From Bacteroidia bacterium (GTDB lineage: Bacteria > Bacteroidota > Bacteroidia > Flavobacteriales_E > Vicingaceae): DNA of 64,000 bases. A program made the position numbers and the translations under genes. This document shows, piece by piece, positions 37,129 to 46,900 of this stretch (position 1 is its first letter; each line of letters starts with the position of its first letter). The notes beneath the pieces were generated by a model that saw nothing but the letters and a program-made list of their open reading frames with translations, was not told the DNA's origin and searched no databases. Where the stretch lies: contig JAUIGQ010000001.1 in the NCBI GenBank assembly GCA_030429925.1, positions 418 to 64,417 of the forward strand, given 5' to 3'.

Positions 37129-38150
37129 AGATCGAGAATGTAAAAAAGCTGATTGATGAGGTAGCTGCATTCACTGCAGCCTCTGAAAAGGAGATAGAGG
37201 AATTCCGTATTAGAATATTGGGAAGCAAGGGTGAATTGAAGCAACTATTCGCTCAATTCAAAGATGTTGATCCTTCAGAAAAGAAAGAGTATGGTCAAGT
37301 ACTCAATGAATTGAAGCAAGCTGCAGAATCAAGGGTTGCAGAATTAAGAGCCAAAGTATCATCAAAAGATCAGTCAGAAGGGGAGAGCATTGATCTTAGC
37401 AGACCTGTTAATCAGAAGAAAGTAGGAAGCAGACATCCTATTAACATTATTAGAAATAGGATTATAGAGATCTTTCACAAGATAGGTTATGAAGTTTCTG
37501 AAGGTCCAGAGGTGGAGGATGACTGGCATAATTTCACTGCCTTGAACTTTCCTCCGGAACACCCTGCAAGAGACATGCAAGATACCTTCTTCATTGAAAG
37601 AGATCCGGATATGGCCTTAAGGACCCATACCTCTTCAGTTCAAGTAAGAATGATGGAATCTCAAACACCTCCAATCAGGACCATCTCTCCGGGTAGGGTA
37701 TACAGGAATGAAGCAATTTCAGCAAGAGCCCACTGTTTCTTTCACCAAGTGGAAGGACTTTACATTGACAAGGATGTTTCATTTGCCGATCTCAGACAAA
37801 CCTTGATGTATTTTGCCCAGACCATGTTCGGAGAAGATACAGAGATTCGCCTTCGCCCTTCTTATTTCCCCTTTACAGAGCCAAGCGCTGAAATGGATGT
37901 TTCTTGCACCATCTGCAAAGGAGACGGTTGCAATGTTTGTAAGTATACAGGCTATCTTGAGATCATGGGTTGCGGAATGGTAGACCCAAATGTTTTGGAG
38001 AATTGCGGGATTGATAGTAAAGTCTACTCGGGTTTTGCCTTTGGAATGGGAGTCGAACGGATTGCGCAGCTGATCTACAATGTGAATGATCTCAGATTGT
38101 ATTCAGAGAACGACATCAATTTCTTAGAGCAGTTTCGCTCTTCTATCTGA
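37125..38150 (+). CDS. pheS: Phenylalanine--tRNA ligase alpha subunit
   Basis: 'FPPEHPARDMQDTFF', 'LRTHTSSVQ' and 'GFAFGMGVERIA' are class II motifs. 341 aa. Confidence 0.96.
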   Translation: MKIENVKKLIDEVAAFTAASEKEIEEFRIRILGSKGELKQLFAQFKDVDPSEKKEYGQVLNELKQAAESRVAELRAKVSSKDQSEGESIDLSRPVNQKKVGSRHPINIIRNRIIEIFHKIGYEVSEGPEVEDDWHNFTALNFPPEHPARDMQDTFFIERDPDMALRTHTSSVQVRMMESQTPPIRTISPGRVYRNEAISARAHCFFHQVEGLYIDKDVSFADLRQTLMYFAQTMFGEDTEIRLRPSYFPFTEPSAEMDVSCTICKGDGCNVCKYTGYLEIMGCGMVDPNVLENCGIDSKVYSGFAFGMGVERIAQLIYNVNDLRLYSENDINFLEQFRSSI

Positions 38151-39203
38151 TCATTTGAATTTCCAGTCGAACTGATCGAGTTCAAGCAAACAATTTTGCA
38201 AAAGGTTCACTGAAGCGGTAATGTCTTCCTTATGGGCCATTTCTATTACTTGATGAAGGTGCCTTGTAGGAATAGAGATGGCTCCTGAGATGGCTCCTCC
38301 CTCATTCATTCTTTGAATACCGGCCGTATCTGTACCTCCGGCAGGTAAGATCTCGGCTTGCCACTTGATCTTATGCTTATCAGCAGTATTTTTCATGAAT
38401 TCCACCATTCTATAGTCACAAATTGCAGAAGCATCCATGATCTTAATGGCAGTTCCTTCCCCTAATTTGGTGATCACTTCATGATTCTTTGCCCCTGGAA
38501 GATCATAGGCAATGGTAGTATCTAAGCCAATTCCAAAATCAGGCTTGATATCTAAGGCAGAGACATTTGCTCCTCTTATACCAACCTCCTCTTGAACAGT
38601 AAAGACGCCATAAATATCAAATGGCACCTCTTCATCCTTCAATTTTCTTAGAGTTTCAATTAGAATGAATACAGAGACTCTATTGTCGATAGATTTGCTA
38701 TTCACACAATCACCCAGCTCCATTAGCTCACTGTGTCTCGTAATAGGATTGCCAATGTCTACATATTTGATCACCTCATCTCTTGTCATTCCAAGATCTA
38801 TAAAGTAATCTGTGGTCTTGGGGTTTTTGGCTCTCTCTTCCTGGGTCATTACATGTATGGGCTTGCTTCCCATTACTCCAATAATGTCCTTTTTACCATG
38901 AATGATCACTCTTTGGGCGGTAAGTGTTTTGGGATCGAATCCTCCTAAGGTGTGAAAGCGAACGAATCCATTATCATCAATATGAGTGACAATAAAACCG
39001 ATCTCATCCATATGAGCACCGATCATTACTCTTTTGTCTGCATTGCCTTTTTTGATAGCATAGACATTTCCCAGATTATTCACCTTCACCTCATCTACCA
39101 GAGGTTCAACTTCTCTGATCACTATTTCTCTGATCCTTTGCTCGTATCCGGGAGCTCCGGCAACTTCACAAATCTCTTTTAATAGGGGAATGTTCAAGCC
39201 CAT
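38151..39203 (-). CDS. M42 family metallopeptidase (glutamyl aminopeptidase / FrvX-like)
   Basis: 'GAHMDEIGF', 'SKSIDNRVS', 'FTVQEEVGIRGA' and 'GGTDT'. 350 aa. Confidence 0.88.
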   Translation of the reverse strand: MGLNIPLLKEICEVAGAPGYEQRIREIVIREVEPLVDEVKVNNLGNVYAIKKGNADKRVMIGAHMDEIGFIVTHIDDNGFVRFHTLGGFDPKTLTAQRVIIHGKKDIIGVMGSKPIHVMTQEERAKNPKTTDYFIDLGMTRDEVIKYVDIGNPITRHSELMELGDCVNSKSIDNRVSVFILIETLRKLKDEEVPFDIYGVFTVQEEVGIRGANVSALDIKPDFGIGLDTTIAYDLPGAKNHEVITKLGEGTAIKIMDASAICDYRMVEFMKNTADKHKIKWQAEILPAGGTDTAGIQRMNEGGAISGAISIPTRHLHQVIEMAHKEDITASVNLLQNCLLELDQFDWKFK

Positions 39204-39317
39204 AATTGTATATTTTTTCGGCCTGCTAAAGTAATGAATATATCAGTATCTATCAGATAGACAGCAGACTAGAGAGGTGACTAGAAAATTTTACAAATAA
39301 GAGGGTGCGTCTATTCT

Positions 39318-40742
39318 TTATTCAACATAGCTCAATTTTAGCATATTGGATTGACCCTTCTCATTAATGGGCATACTTGCAATATTGATTATTAAGTCCT
39401 TTTCCTTCAAATGACCATTTTTCTTGAGCAAGTATTTAATGTCTGCAATAGTATGGTCCGTGCTTACATACTTGTCATAGTAGTAACCTTGCACACCCCA
39501 AACAAGACTTAATTTGTTCAAGAGTGAATGGTTTCCGGTGAAGGCATAAATATTTGCCTTGGGTCTGAAGCTAGAAAGTTTTTGAGCTGTGTAGCCCGAG
39601 TGCGTCATGCTTACTATTGCCTTGCCATCAACTCTTTGGGAAAGTCTGCAGGCATTGTAGCAGATCGAGTCTGAAATGAAACGGTGTTCATTTAACTCAG
39701 GTGGAAATTCATGATGGTAGATCAATTCAGTCTTTTCGATCTGTTTGATGATCTTGCTCATTGCCTGGATCACTTTTACAGGGTATTTCCCCACAGAAGT
39801 TTCTGCACTTAGCATCACTGCATCTGCTCCATCCAAAACAGCATTGGCAACATCGTTTACTTCTGCTCTTGTTGGGCTGATGCTAGTGATCATACTTTCC
39901 ATCATTTGAGTGGCTATGATGACCGGCTTGGCTGCCTTTAAACATTTGTTGACCAGTTCTTTTTGTAGCAAAGGCACTTTCTCCATTGGGATCTCTACGC
40001 CTAGATCACCTCTTGCAACCATCAGCCCGTCAGTAATCTCGATGATCTGGTTGATATTATCTACTGCTTCCGGTTTTTCAATTTTTGCGATGATGCTAGA
40101 ATGCTTTCCGGCCTTCTCAACTCTTTTCCTAAGGTCAACGATATCTTTAGCACTTCTTACAAAGGACAAACCGATCCATTCAACCTCATTTTTAAGAGCG
40201 AATTCAAGATCTTCTAAGTCTTTCTTTGTAAGACTGGGCATAGAGATCTTAGTTTGTGGTAAGTTCACCCCCTTCTTTGAGCTCAGAACACCCGGATTCG
40301 TGAATTTTGCAACAACATTTTTTGAACGATCTGTTCGAATTACTTGTAAACTTAACTTTCCATCATCTATCAAGATCTCCTCTCCGGCTTGCACATCTTT
40401 AGGAAAGTTCGGGTAATTGATAAACACCATGGAAGGATCTTTTTTCTTTGAAGTAGTGAAGGTGATCTCTTGGCCTCTTTTCACTTCCATCTTACCTCCT
40501 TCAATTACACCTATTCTGATCTTTGGTCCTTGAAGGTCGGCCAAAATAGCTGTATGAACCCCCCTTTCTTTGTTGATCTCTCTAACTCTATCGATCACTG
40601 CTTGGTGCTCTTCATATTCTCCATGTGAAAAGTTTATTCGAATGACATTCACACCATGGTTGATGATACTTGTAAGTGTCTTCTTAGAGGAAGTGGCAGG
40701 TCCAACGGTTGCCACTATTTTGGTTTTTTTATCGTGTTTCAT
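39318..40742 (-). CDS. pyk: Pyruvate kinase
   Basis: 'KTKIVATVGPA', 'NFSHG', 'MVARGDLGVEIP' and 'TQMMESM'. 474 aa. Confidence 0.96.
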   Translation of the reverse strand: MKHDKKTKIVATVGPATSSKKTLTSIINHGVNVIRINFSHGEYEEHQAVIDRVREINKERGVHTAILADLQGPKIRIGVIEGGKMEVKRGQEITFTTSKKKDPSMVFINYPNFPKDVQAGEEILIDDGKLSLQVIRTDRSKNVVAKFTNPGVLSSKKGVNLPQTKISMPSLTKKDLEDLEFALKNEVEWIGLSFVRSAKDIVDLRKRVEKAGKHSSIIAKIEKPEAVDNINQIIEITDGLMVARGDLGVEIPMEKVPLLQKELVNKCLKAAKPVIIATQMMESMITSISPTRAEVNDVANAVLDGADAVMLSAETSVGKYPVKVIQAMSKIIKQIEKTELIYHHEFPPELNEHRFISDSICYNACRLSQRVDGKAIVSMTHSGYTAQKLSSFRPKANIYAFTGNHSLLNKLSLVWGVQGYYYDKYVSTDHTIADIKYLLKKNGHLKEKDLIINIASMPINEKGQSNMLKLSYVE

Positions 40743-40746
40743 CTTC

Positions 40747-41160
40747 CTAGAAGATTAAGTTATTTCTTGATTTTAATTCAGCAGCCTCTATGGGATAACA
40801 GGTAAGAATATTCTTGGATGCATTTAATCGCTTAATGATATCAACTTCTTCATCTTCGTCTATTGGTCCTTTGATGATCAAAAAGTAATCACATCTTTTT
40901 TCTTCAGGTATCAAATACCCAAGCTCACTTTTGTTGCTGAGTAGATAAAAATCATTGGGCCTAGAATTGTCTTCAAAAATATTGAAGGAATAGCTTTTAA
41001 GCTCTCCATTGCTGATCACCTCAAGATCGGAATCCTTGCTAAGCTCAATGTCAAAATCTTTGTTGATCTCCCAGCAAAGCCTATAATCCTTTATATGAGA
41101 GCAAATTCCCAACATAAAGAAGTCAAAATCTTCTTCTATTTCCAAGCTGAACTTACTCAT
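40747..41160 (-). CDS. IPExxxVDY family protein (conserved Bacteroidota protein of unknown function)
   Basis: 137 aa. 'LIPEEKRCDYFLIIKG' matches the IPE-x3-[VC]-DY signature. It lies between rnc and pyk. Confidence 0.6.
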   Translation of the reverse strand: MSKFSLEIEEDFDFFMLGICSHIKDYRLCWEINKDFDIELSKDSDLEVISNGELKSYSFNIFEDNSRPNDFYLLSNKSELGYLIPEEKRCDYFLIIKGPIDEDEEVDIIKRLNASKNILTCYPIEAAELKSRNNLIF

Positions 41161-41224
41161 GTTATCTCAAAAGCTGCTCAAATGTAAGAATAGAAGAAGC
41201 TAATCGTATTAAATCAAGTTAAAG

Positions 41225-41935
41225 CTATTCAGATTTTTCAAAGAAGATCTTAGCCGCCATTTGTTCAGCTTTTTTCTTTGAAGGCCCTTCGCCAACAGAA
41301 GTTTCTTTATTGTTCAGGTATAGTCTCGCAACATAGTAAATGTCGTTTCCTTTGCTAAGCTGCTGGTGCTCAAAGCTGAATTTGATCTTTTCTTTCTGAC
41401 TGTATTCTACCAATTTGCTTTTGAAGTCAACATCTTCCTTCACTACCTTACTAACTTCAATATAATCTTTAATGACCTTTTCAACTACAAACTTTTTGCA
41501 GTTTGAGTAGCCTCTGTCAAGGTAGATGGCTCCAATAAGTGCTTCAAAAGCATCTCCAAAGATGGATTTGCTTCTTCTTGTATCAGCAGAGGTTTCAAGA
41601 AAAGTATCAAGTCCCATATCAATGGCTAGTTGATTGAGAAAGTTTCTACTCACTAGCTTTGATCTCATTTTAGTGAGTTCACCCTCATTTGTGTTGGGGT
41701 ACTTTAGAAAGAAGTATTCAGCTATAATTGCCCCTAGAACTGCATCTCCCAGGAATTCTAGTCGTTCATTACTCTCCTCTGCATCTCTATTCTCCTGACT
41801 TGCCACTGAGCTATGAGTAAAGGCCTGCTCATATAAACTCATATTCAAGGGTCTAAAACCAAGAATAGATCTAAGAATACTGTATTTGCTTTTGTCGTTG
41901 AGAAGAAAATATCGAATACCTCTAAAAAGGCTCAA
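41225..41935 (-). CDS. rnc: Ribonuclease III
   Basis: 'ERLEFLGDAVLG' catalytic signature, 'GDAFEALIGAIYLD', and a C-terminal dsRBD 'GPSKKKAEQMAA'. Confidence 0.94.
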   Translation of the reverse strand: MSLFRGIRYFLLNDKSKYSILRSILGFRPLNMSLYEQAFTHSSVASQENRDAEESNERLEFLGDAVLGAIIAEYFFLKYPNTNEGELTKMRSKLVSRNFLNQLAIDMGLDTFLETSADTRRSKSIFGDAFEALIGAIYLDRGYSNCKKFVVEKVIKDYIEVSKVVKEDVDFKSKLVEYSQKEKIKFSFEHQQLSKGNDIYYVARLYLNNKETSVGEGPSKKKAEQMAAKIFFEKSE

Positions 41936-41937
41936 GC

Positions 41938-43185
41938 TCAGACCTTTTTAAATATTACTGAGGCGTTGTGACCTCCAAATCCGAAAGTATTGCTCAAGGC
42001 TGCTCTAACCTCTCTCTTTTGAGCTTTGTTGAAAGTAAAGTTCAACTTCTGATCGAATTCCGGATCATCATTGAAGTGATTGATCGTTGGAGGTACAATA
42101 TCATTGGCAACTGCCATTACACTGGCAATGGATTCAATTGCACCGGCGGCTCCAAGAAGGTGGCCTGTCATTGATTTAGTTGAGCTGATATTCAACTTAT
42201 ATGCACTTTCCCCAAAAACCTCCTTGATGGCTTTTGCTTCAGCAATATCACCTAAAGGAGTTGATGTACCATGAACATTGATGTAATCGATCTCATCTGC
42301 GGAAATACCGGCGTCATCCAAAGCGTTTTTCATCACATTCTTGGCTCCTAATCCATCCGGGTGAGGGGCAGTCATATGGTGAGCATCTGCTGAAAGTCCG
42401 GAGCCGATGATCTCTGCATAGATCTTTGCTCCCCTTGCTTTAGCATGCTCGTACTCTTCTAGAATGAGCGCTCCACCACCATCTCCCAAAACGAATCCAT
42501 CCCTTTCAGCATCAAAAGGTCTTGATGCAGTTTTGGGATCATCATTTCTTTTAGATAAGGCTTGAAGGGCATTGAATCCACCAATCCCGGCTTCGCATAC
42601 AGCAGCTTCAGATCCACCGGTAACGCAAAGGTCCATCTTACCTAATCTGATATAGGTAAATGCATCAATAATTGAATTGGTACTTGATGCACATGCTGAG
42701 ACGGTTGTAAAGTTTGGTCCTCTTAGACCATATTTGATAGAGATATGACCAGGAGCAATGTCTGCTATCATCTTTGGAATGAAGAATGGGTTGAATCTTG
42801 GGGTCCCATCTCCATTGCCAAATGCTATACATTCTTCTTGAAAAGTGATTAATCCGCCAATTCCAGCGCCCCATATCACACCAAAGCGGTCCTTATCTAC
42901 CTTTTCAAGATTTATACCTGAGTCTTGCATGGCCTCTTCAGTTGAAACCAAAGCATATTGGGAAAACAAGTCTAGTTTTCTGACTTCTTTCCTGTCAAAA
43001 TGCTCATTGGGGTCATATCCTTTTACTTCACAGGCAAACTGAGTCTTGAATTTGCTTGCATCGAACTGAGTGATAGGAGCAGCTCCGCTCTTCCCCTCAA
43101 TCAATGCATTCCAATACTCGTCTAAGGTATTGCCTATAGGAGTAATAGCCCCTAGTCCGGTAACAACTACTCTCTTGAGTTCCAT
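41938..43185 (-). CDS. fabF: Beta-ketoacyl-ACP synthase II
   Basis: 'SACASS' active-site Cys, 'NVHGTSTP', and 'SNTFGFGGHNASVIF'. 415 aa. Confidence 0.96.
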   Translation of the reverse strand: MELKRVVVTGLGAITPIGNTLDEYWNALIEGKSGAAPITQFDASKFKTQFACEVKGYDPNEHFDRKEVRKLDLFSQYALVSTEEAMQDSGINLEKVDKDRFGVIWGAGIGGLITFQEECIAFGNGDGTPRFNPFFIPKMIADIAPGHISIKYGLRGPNFTTVSACASSTNSIIDAFTYIRLGKMDLCVTGGSEAAVCEAGIGGFNALQALSKRNDDPKTASRPFDAERDGFVLGDGGGALILEEYEHAKARGAKIYAEIIGSGLSADAHHMTAPHPDGLGAKNVMKNALDDAGISADEIDYINVHGTSTPLGDIAEAKAIKEVFGESAYKLNISSTKSMTGHLLGAAGAIESIASVMAVANDIVPPTINHFNDDPEFDQKLNFTFNKAQKREVRAALSNTFGFGGHNASVIFKKV

Positions 43186-43198
43186 GCTGAGTGAGTGC

Positions 43199-43435
43199 TT
43201 ACTTAGTGTTATCCTCTATGTAAGAGATGGCATCACCTACTGTGGTAATTTTTTCTGCCTGATCATCTGGAATAGCGATATTGAATTCCTTCTCGAATTC
43301 CATGATCAATTCTACTGTGTCTAATGAATCTGCTCCAAGGTCATTGGTGAAGCTGGCTTCAGGAGTTACTTCGCCTTCTTCTACGCCTAATTTATCTACA
43401 ATAATTGCTTTTACTCTTGATGCTGTATCTGCCAT
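43199..43435 (-). CDS. acpP: Acyl carrier protein
   Basis: '[17 protein letters not shown]' (phosphopantetheine Ser). 78 aa. Confidence 0.96.
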   Translation of the reverse strand: MADTASRVKAIIVDKLGVEEGEVTPEASFTNDLGADSLDTVELIMEFEKEFNIAIPDDQAEKITTVGDAISYIEDNTK

Positions 43436-43504
43436 TGTGTTTGATTTAGATTAAAGTGCAAAGAAAAATCTTATTCAGTCAATTTCAAAATTTATTTTTC
43501 CAAC

Positions 43505-44167
43505 TTAATAAAGCTTGTGTATTTCTTTCAATTCTTTTCTCTTGATATCCGGAACTATCGCATTATCAGCAGGATAGCCCACCGGAATCAATAAATATGG
43601 TTTTTCGTTTTCAGGTCTCTTCAATATCTCACTTAAAAAATTCATAGGTGAGGGAGTGTGAGTAAGTGCTACTAATCCTGCATTATGGATTGCTGATAGC
43701 AAAAAACCACATGCTAATCCAACAGATTCATTCACATAATAGTTCTTCTTTTTATCTCCTTCTTCCAATTCATAGCTCTTTTTAAAAACCACAACTAAAT
43801 AGGGAGCGGTCTCCAAGAATTCCTTTTTCCAGTTAGTGTCAAACTTCTCTAAGTCCTTAAGCCATTCATCGCTCATCCTTCCATGATAGTTCTCATATTC
43901 TTCTTTTTCAGCCGCTTCCCTGATCTTTGCCTTTATCTCTTTATCCTCGATCACACAAAAGGTCCATGGCTGCTTATGTGCCCCTGAAGGAGCTGTTGAA
44001 GCAGTTTTTATAATATTCTCCAAGATTTCGATAGGAAAGGATTTCGGAGAGAATGCTCTTAAACTCCTTCTCTTATTCATAAAGTGAAAATACTCTTCAC
44101 TTCTCTTTTTCATTTCCGTTTCGTCAAAACGAATGGGCTTGTATTCAATGAACTTATCTTCCTTCAC
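43505..44167 (-). CDS. Iodotyrosine deiodinase (halotyrosine dehalogenase) homolog, nitro-FMN reductase superfamily
   Basis: 'RRSLRAF...TASTAPSGAHKQPWTFCVI', 'EKEEYENYHGRM', 'NWKKEFLETAPYLVVVF' and 'THTPSPMNFL...PVGYP'. From memory these align along the whole length with metazoan and Haliscomenobacter IYD, including the Glu/Tyr/Lys substrate-lid residues. Confidence 0.75.
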   Translation of the reverse strand: MKEDKFIEYKPIRFDETEMKKRSEEYFHFMNKRRSLRAFSPKSFPIEILENIIKTASTAPSGAHKQPWTFCVIEDKEIKAKIREAAEKEEYENYHGRMSDEWLKDLEKFDTNWKKEFLETAPYLVVVFKKSYELEEGDKKKNYYVNESVGLACGFLLSAIHNAGLVALTHTPSPMNFLSEILKRPENEKPYLLIPVGYPADNAIVPDIKRKELKEIHKLY

Positions 44168-44204
44168 TTTTCCATTAACGATTAGCTACTTTTGCTAGCT
44201 GATT

Positions 44205-44780
44205 ATGAAATCCAAGATAGCCATTTTTGCATCAGGACAGGGGTCCAATACAAGGCGAATGTTAGAATATTTCGAAGGGCATTCAAAAATTGTAATTGAT
44301 TCAATAATTTGCAATCGCGAAACTGCCGGAGTAATGGATGTGGCAAGAGAGTTCCAAGTAGCCTCTTTTTATTTTTCAAAAGAGAACTTTACATCAGAAG
44401 AGAAGGTACTGGATCTGTTGAAGTCCAGAGGAATTGATTGGATCGTGCTTGCCGGATTTCTGTTGAAGATTCCCTCTGAATTAATTGATGCTTTCCCTTC
44501 AAGGATCATCAATATTCACCCTGCATTATTGCCTAAATTTGGAGGCAAAGGCATGTATGGTGATCATGTTCACAAGGCGGTCTTGGAACAAAATGAAAGA
44601 AAAAGTGGCATAAGTATCCATTATGTGGATGCAAATTATGATACTGGGTCATTGATTGCTCAGTATGAATGCGAGATAGAAGAAGGAGACAATGTTGGGT
44701 CATTAAGAGCTAAGGTGAGAAAACTGGAACATGAGCACTTACCAGCTGTAGTTGAGAAATTGGTCTTGAGCAAGAGATGA
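44205..44780 (+). CDS. purN: Phosphoribosylglycinamide formyltransferase
   Basis: 'IAIFASGQGSN', 'LAGFLLKIP', 'INIHPALLPKFGG' and 'GISIHYVD'. 191 aa. Confidence 0.92.
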   Translation: MKSKIAIFASGQGSNTRRMLEYFEGHSKIVIDSIICNRETAGVMDVAREFQVASFYFSKENFTSEEKVLDLLKSRGIDWIVLAGFLLKIPSELIDAFPSRIINIHPALLPKFGGKGMYGDHVHKAVLEQNERKSGISIHYVDANYDTGSLIAQYECEIEEGDNVGSLRAKVRKLEHEHLPAVVEKLVLSKR

Positions 44781-45229
44781 AGATAGAGTATAAGAGCAAG
44801 GAAAAGCAATTGAGATACGATAAGGCCTATCTGAAGATGGCTTTAGAATGGGCAAAATTATCGCATTGCAAAAGAAAACAAGTAGGCGCCTTGATAGTCA
44901 AGGATTCAATGATCATATCAGATGGTTACAATGGAACACCTACTGGTTTTGATAATTGCTGTGAAGATGAAGAGGAAAAAACCTTATGGTATGTATTGCA
45001 TGCAGAAGCAAATGCAATTATGAAAGTTTCCAAATCCACGAACAATTCTAATGGTGCAACACTTTATATTACGCTTTCACCTTGCAAAGAATGCAGTAAA
45101 TTAGTTTTGCAATCAGGGATCAAAAGAGTTGTTTATGTGAAAGGATACAAAGATGACTCTGGATTGCGTTTTCTAGAGAAAGCGGGAGTTGAAGTTAGAC
45201 AGATCAAAGAAGAAGAATTAGCAGAATAA
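44777..45229 (+). CDS. dCMP deaminase (ComEB-type cytidine/deoxycytidylate deaminase)
   Basis: 'HAEANAI' and 'PCKECSKLV' zinc-binding motifs. 150 aa. A 4-nt overlap with purN. Confidence 0.88.
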   Translation: MKIEYKSKEKQLRYDKAYLKMALEWAKLSHCKRKQVGALIVKDSMIISDGYNGTPTGFDNCCEDEEEKTLWYVLHAEANAIMKVSKSTNNSNGATLYITLSPCKECSKLVLQSGIKRVVYVKGYKDDSGLRFLEKAGVEVRQIKEEELAE

Positions 45230-45236
45230 AGGCGAA

Positions 45237-46880
45237 ATGAGCAAAAATAAATCCATCTATATTGTATTGCCGATCATCGTTGCAACATTCATGATCGCTG
45301 GCGTATATGTGGGTCGTGAATTGGGTCGCCAACAAGGCAGGGCGATGCTTTTCCAGCATAACAAGTTCACTGAGAACGACAAGCTGTATCAAGTGCTTTC
45401 TTTTATAAAGAGCGATTATGTAGATACGGTTCAAGAGAGCATGATCTTGGAAGAAACCATTCAGGAGCTTTTGCAAAATCTCGACCCTCATTCCTATTAT
45501 ATTCCGGGCAGCAAGTTCAAAGAGATGAACGATCCATTAGAAGGGAATTTTGAAGGTATAGGAGTTGAGTTCAGGATAGTAGATGATACGGTAGTTATTA
45601 TTCAGCCTCTGGGTGGAGGTCCTTCTGAAAAGGTTGGCATTATGGCAGGGGATAGGATTGTCCTGGTTGATGGAGAGGATATCACAGGACCTAAGATCGG
45701 TAACCAAGATGTAATTAAAAGACTTAAAGGCCCGAAAGGAACAAAAGTGAAGGTTGGTGTTGCTCGGAAAAGCGAAAAGGATCTATTGGATTTTACTATT
45801 ATCAGAGACGAGATCCCATTCAACAGCGTTGAAGCAGCCTATATGATAGATGATAATACTGCCTATATAAAGGTCATACGCTTTGCCAAGACGACTTATG
45901 ACGAGTTTATGAAAGCTACCAAGCAACTTCGTGCGCAAGGGATGGAAGATATGATCCTCGACTTGAGAAACAATACCGGTGGATTGATGAAAGCTTCCAT
46001 TGATATGGCTGATGAGTTCTTGCCAAAAGGGAAGCTGATCGTTTATACGGAAGGTAAGTCCAGAGAAAGGGTAGATTATTATGCTACTTCTAGAAGAAGT
46101 TTAAAAGATATTGAGGTCGCTATTTTGATAAATGAAGGTTCTGCATCTGCAAGTGAGATCCTTGCAGGGGCAATTCAAGACAACGACAGAGGACTGATAG
46201 TAGGCAGAAGGTCGTTTGGTAAAGGCTTGGTTCAGGAAAGTGTTCAATGGCCTGATGGTTCGGCAATACGACTTACAACAGCAAGATACTACACTCCTAC
46301 AGGCAGGAGTATCCAAAAACCATATGACGAGGGATTGGATAAATACAATGAGGAAGCTTATCAAAGGTATTTGAATGGAGAAATGTACTCTAAGGATAGC
46401 ATAGACTTTCCGGACTCTTTAAAGTTTATGACCGAAGGTGGTAAAGTAGTATATGGTGGAGGAGGAATAACTCCTGACCTCTTTGTTGGGGTTGATACTA
46501 ATGATTACACTGATCTATTCAGAAGATTGAACTACCAAGGAATTTTCTATCAGTTTGGATTTGATTATGTGGATAAGCACAGGGAAGAATTAGCCAAAAG
46601 CTATGAGGAAGATGATTTTAGTGAAAGCTTCCGAATTGACGCAAACTTGATGCAAGAGTTCTTTCAGTATGCAGATGAGAAAGGCTTTGAAGGCTTGAAA
46701 GAAGGTTTAAGTGGAAGGGCACTGGAACTAAGTCAGAATAGGATCAAGAGTAGTATTGCCAGAAATTTCGCAGGTGACAATGCTTTTTACAAGATCTTGA
46801 ACAAAGAAGATCGTATGATAGAGGCAACCTTGGAAAAATTGAATACAAAAAACCCGCTGATGACTCAGCGGGTTTTGTAG
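45237..46880 (+). CDS. ctp: S41 family C-terminal processing peptidase
   Basis: PDZ-like 'GGGPSEKVGIMAGDRIVLVDG', 'RNNTGGL', 'NEGSASASEI' (catalytic Ser) and 'GKGLVQ'. 547 aa. Confidence 0.9.
   Translation: MSKNKSIYIVLPIIVATFMIAGVYVGRELGRQQGRAMLFQHNKFTENDKLYQVLSFIKSDYVDTVQESMILEETIQELLQNLDPHSYYIPGSKFKEMNDPLEGNFEGIGVEFRIVDDTVVIIQPLGGGPSEKVGIMAGDRIVLVDGEDITGPKIGNQDVIKRLKGPKGTKVKVGVARKSEKDLLDFTIIRDEIPFNSVEAAYMIDDNTAYIKVIRFAKTTYDEFMKATKQLRAQGMEDMILDLRNNTGGLMKASIDMADEFLPKGKLIVYTEGKSRERVDYYATSRRSLKDIEVAILINEGSASASEILAGAIQDNDRGLIVGRRSFGKGLVQESVQWPDGSAIRLTTARYYTPTGRSIQKPYDEGLDKYNEEAYQRYLNGEMYSKDSIDFPDSLKFMTEGGKVVYGGGGITPDLFVGVDTNDYTDLFRRLNYQGIFYQFGFDYVDKHREELAKSYEEDDFSESFRIDANLMQEFFQYADEKGFEGLKEGLSGRALELSQNRIKSSIARNFAGDNAFYKILNKEDRMIEATLEKLNTKNPLMTQRVL
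46847..46876. terminator. Bidirectional intrinsic terminator embedded in the last codons of ctp
   Basis: AACCCGCTGA (46851-46860), loop TGAC, then TCAGCGGGTT (46865-46874): a perfect 10-bp GC-rich stem flanked by an A-tract and a T-tract. It lies between the convergent ctp and acidic lipoprotein genes. Confidence 0.7.
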
Positions 46881-46900
46881 AATTTGATATGAAGTAGGAA

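Noticed and set aside
39250-39270. Palindrome TCTATC-A-GATAGA between the M42 peptidase gene and pyk.
   Set aside because: A 6-bp arm in AT-rich DNA is expected by chance. There is no flanking T-tract or second copy to support a terminator or operator call.
39910-40416. 168-aa ORF on the + strand inside pyk.
   Set aside because: It is antisense to pyruvate kinase. Its composition is Ser/Phe/Thr-rich and it has no start context or motifs.
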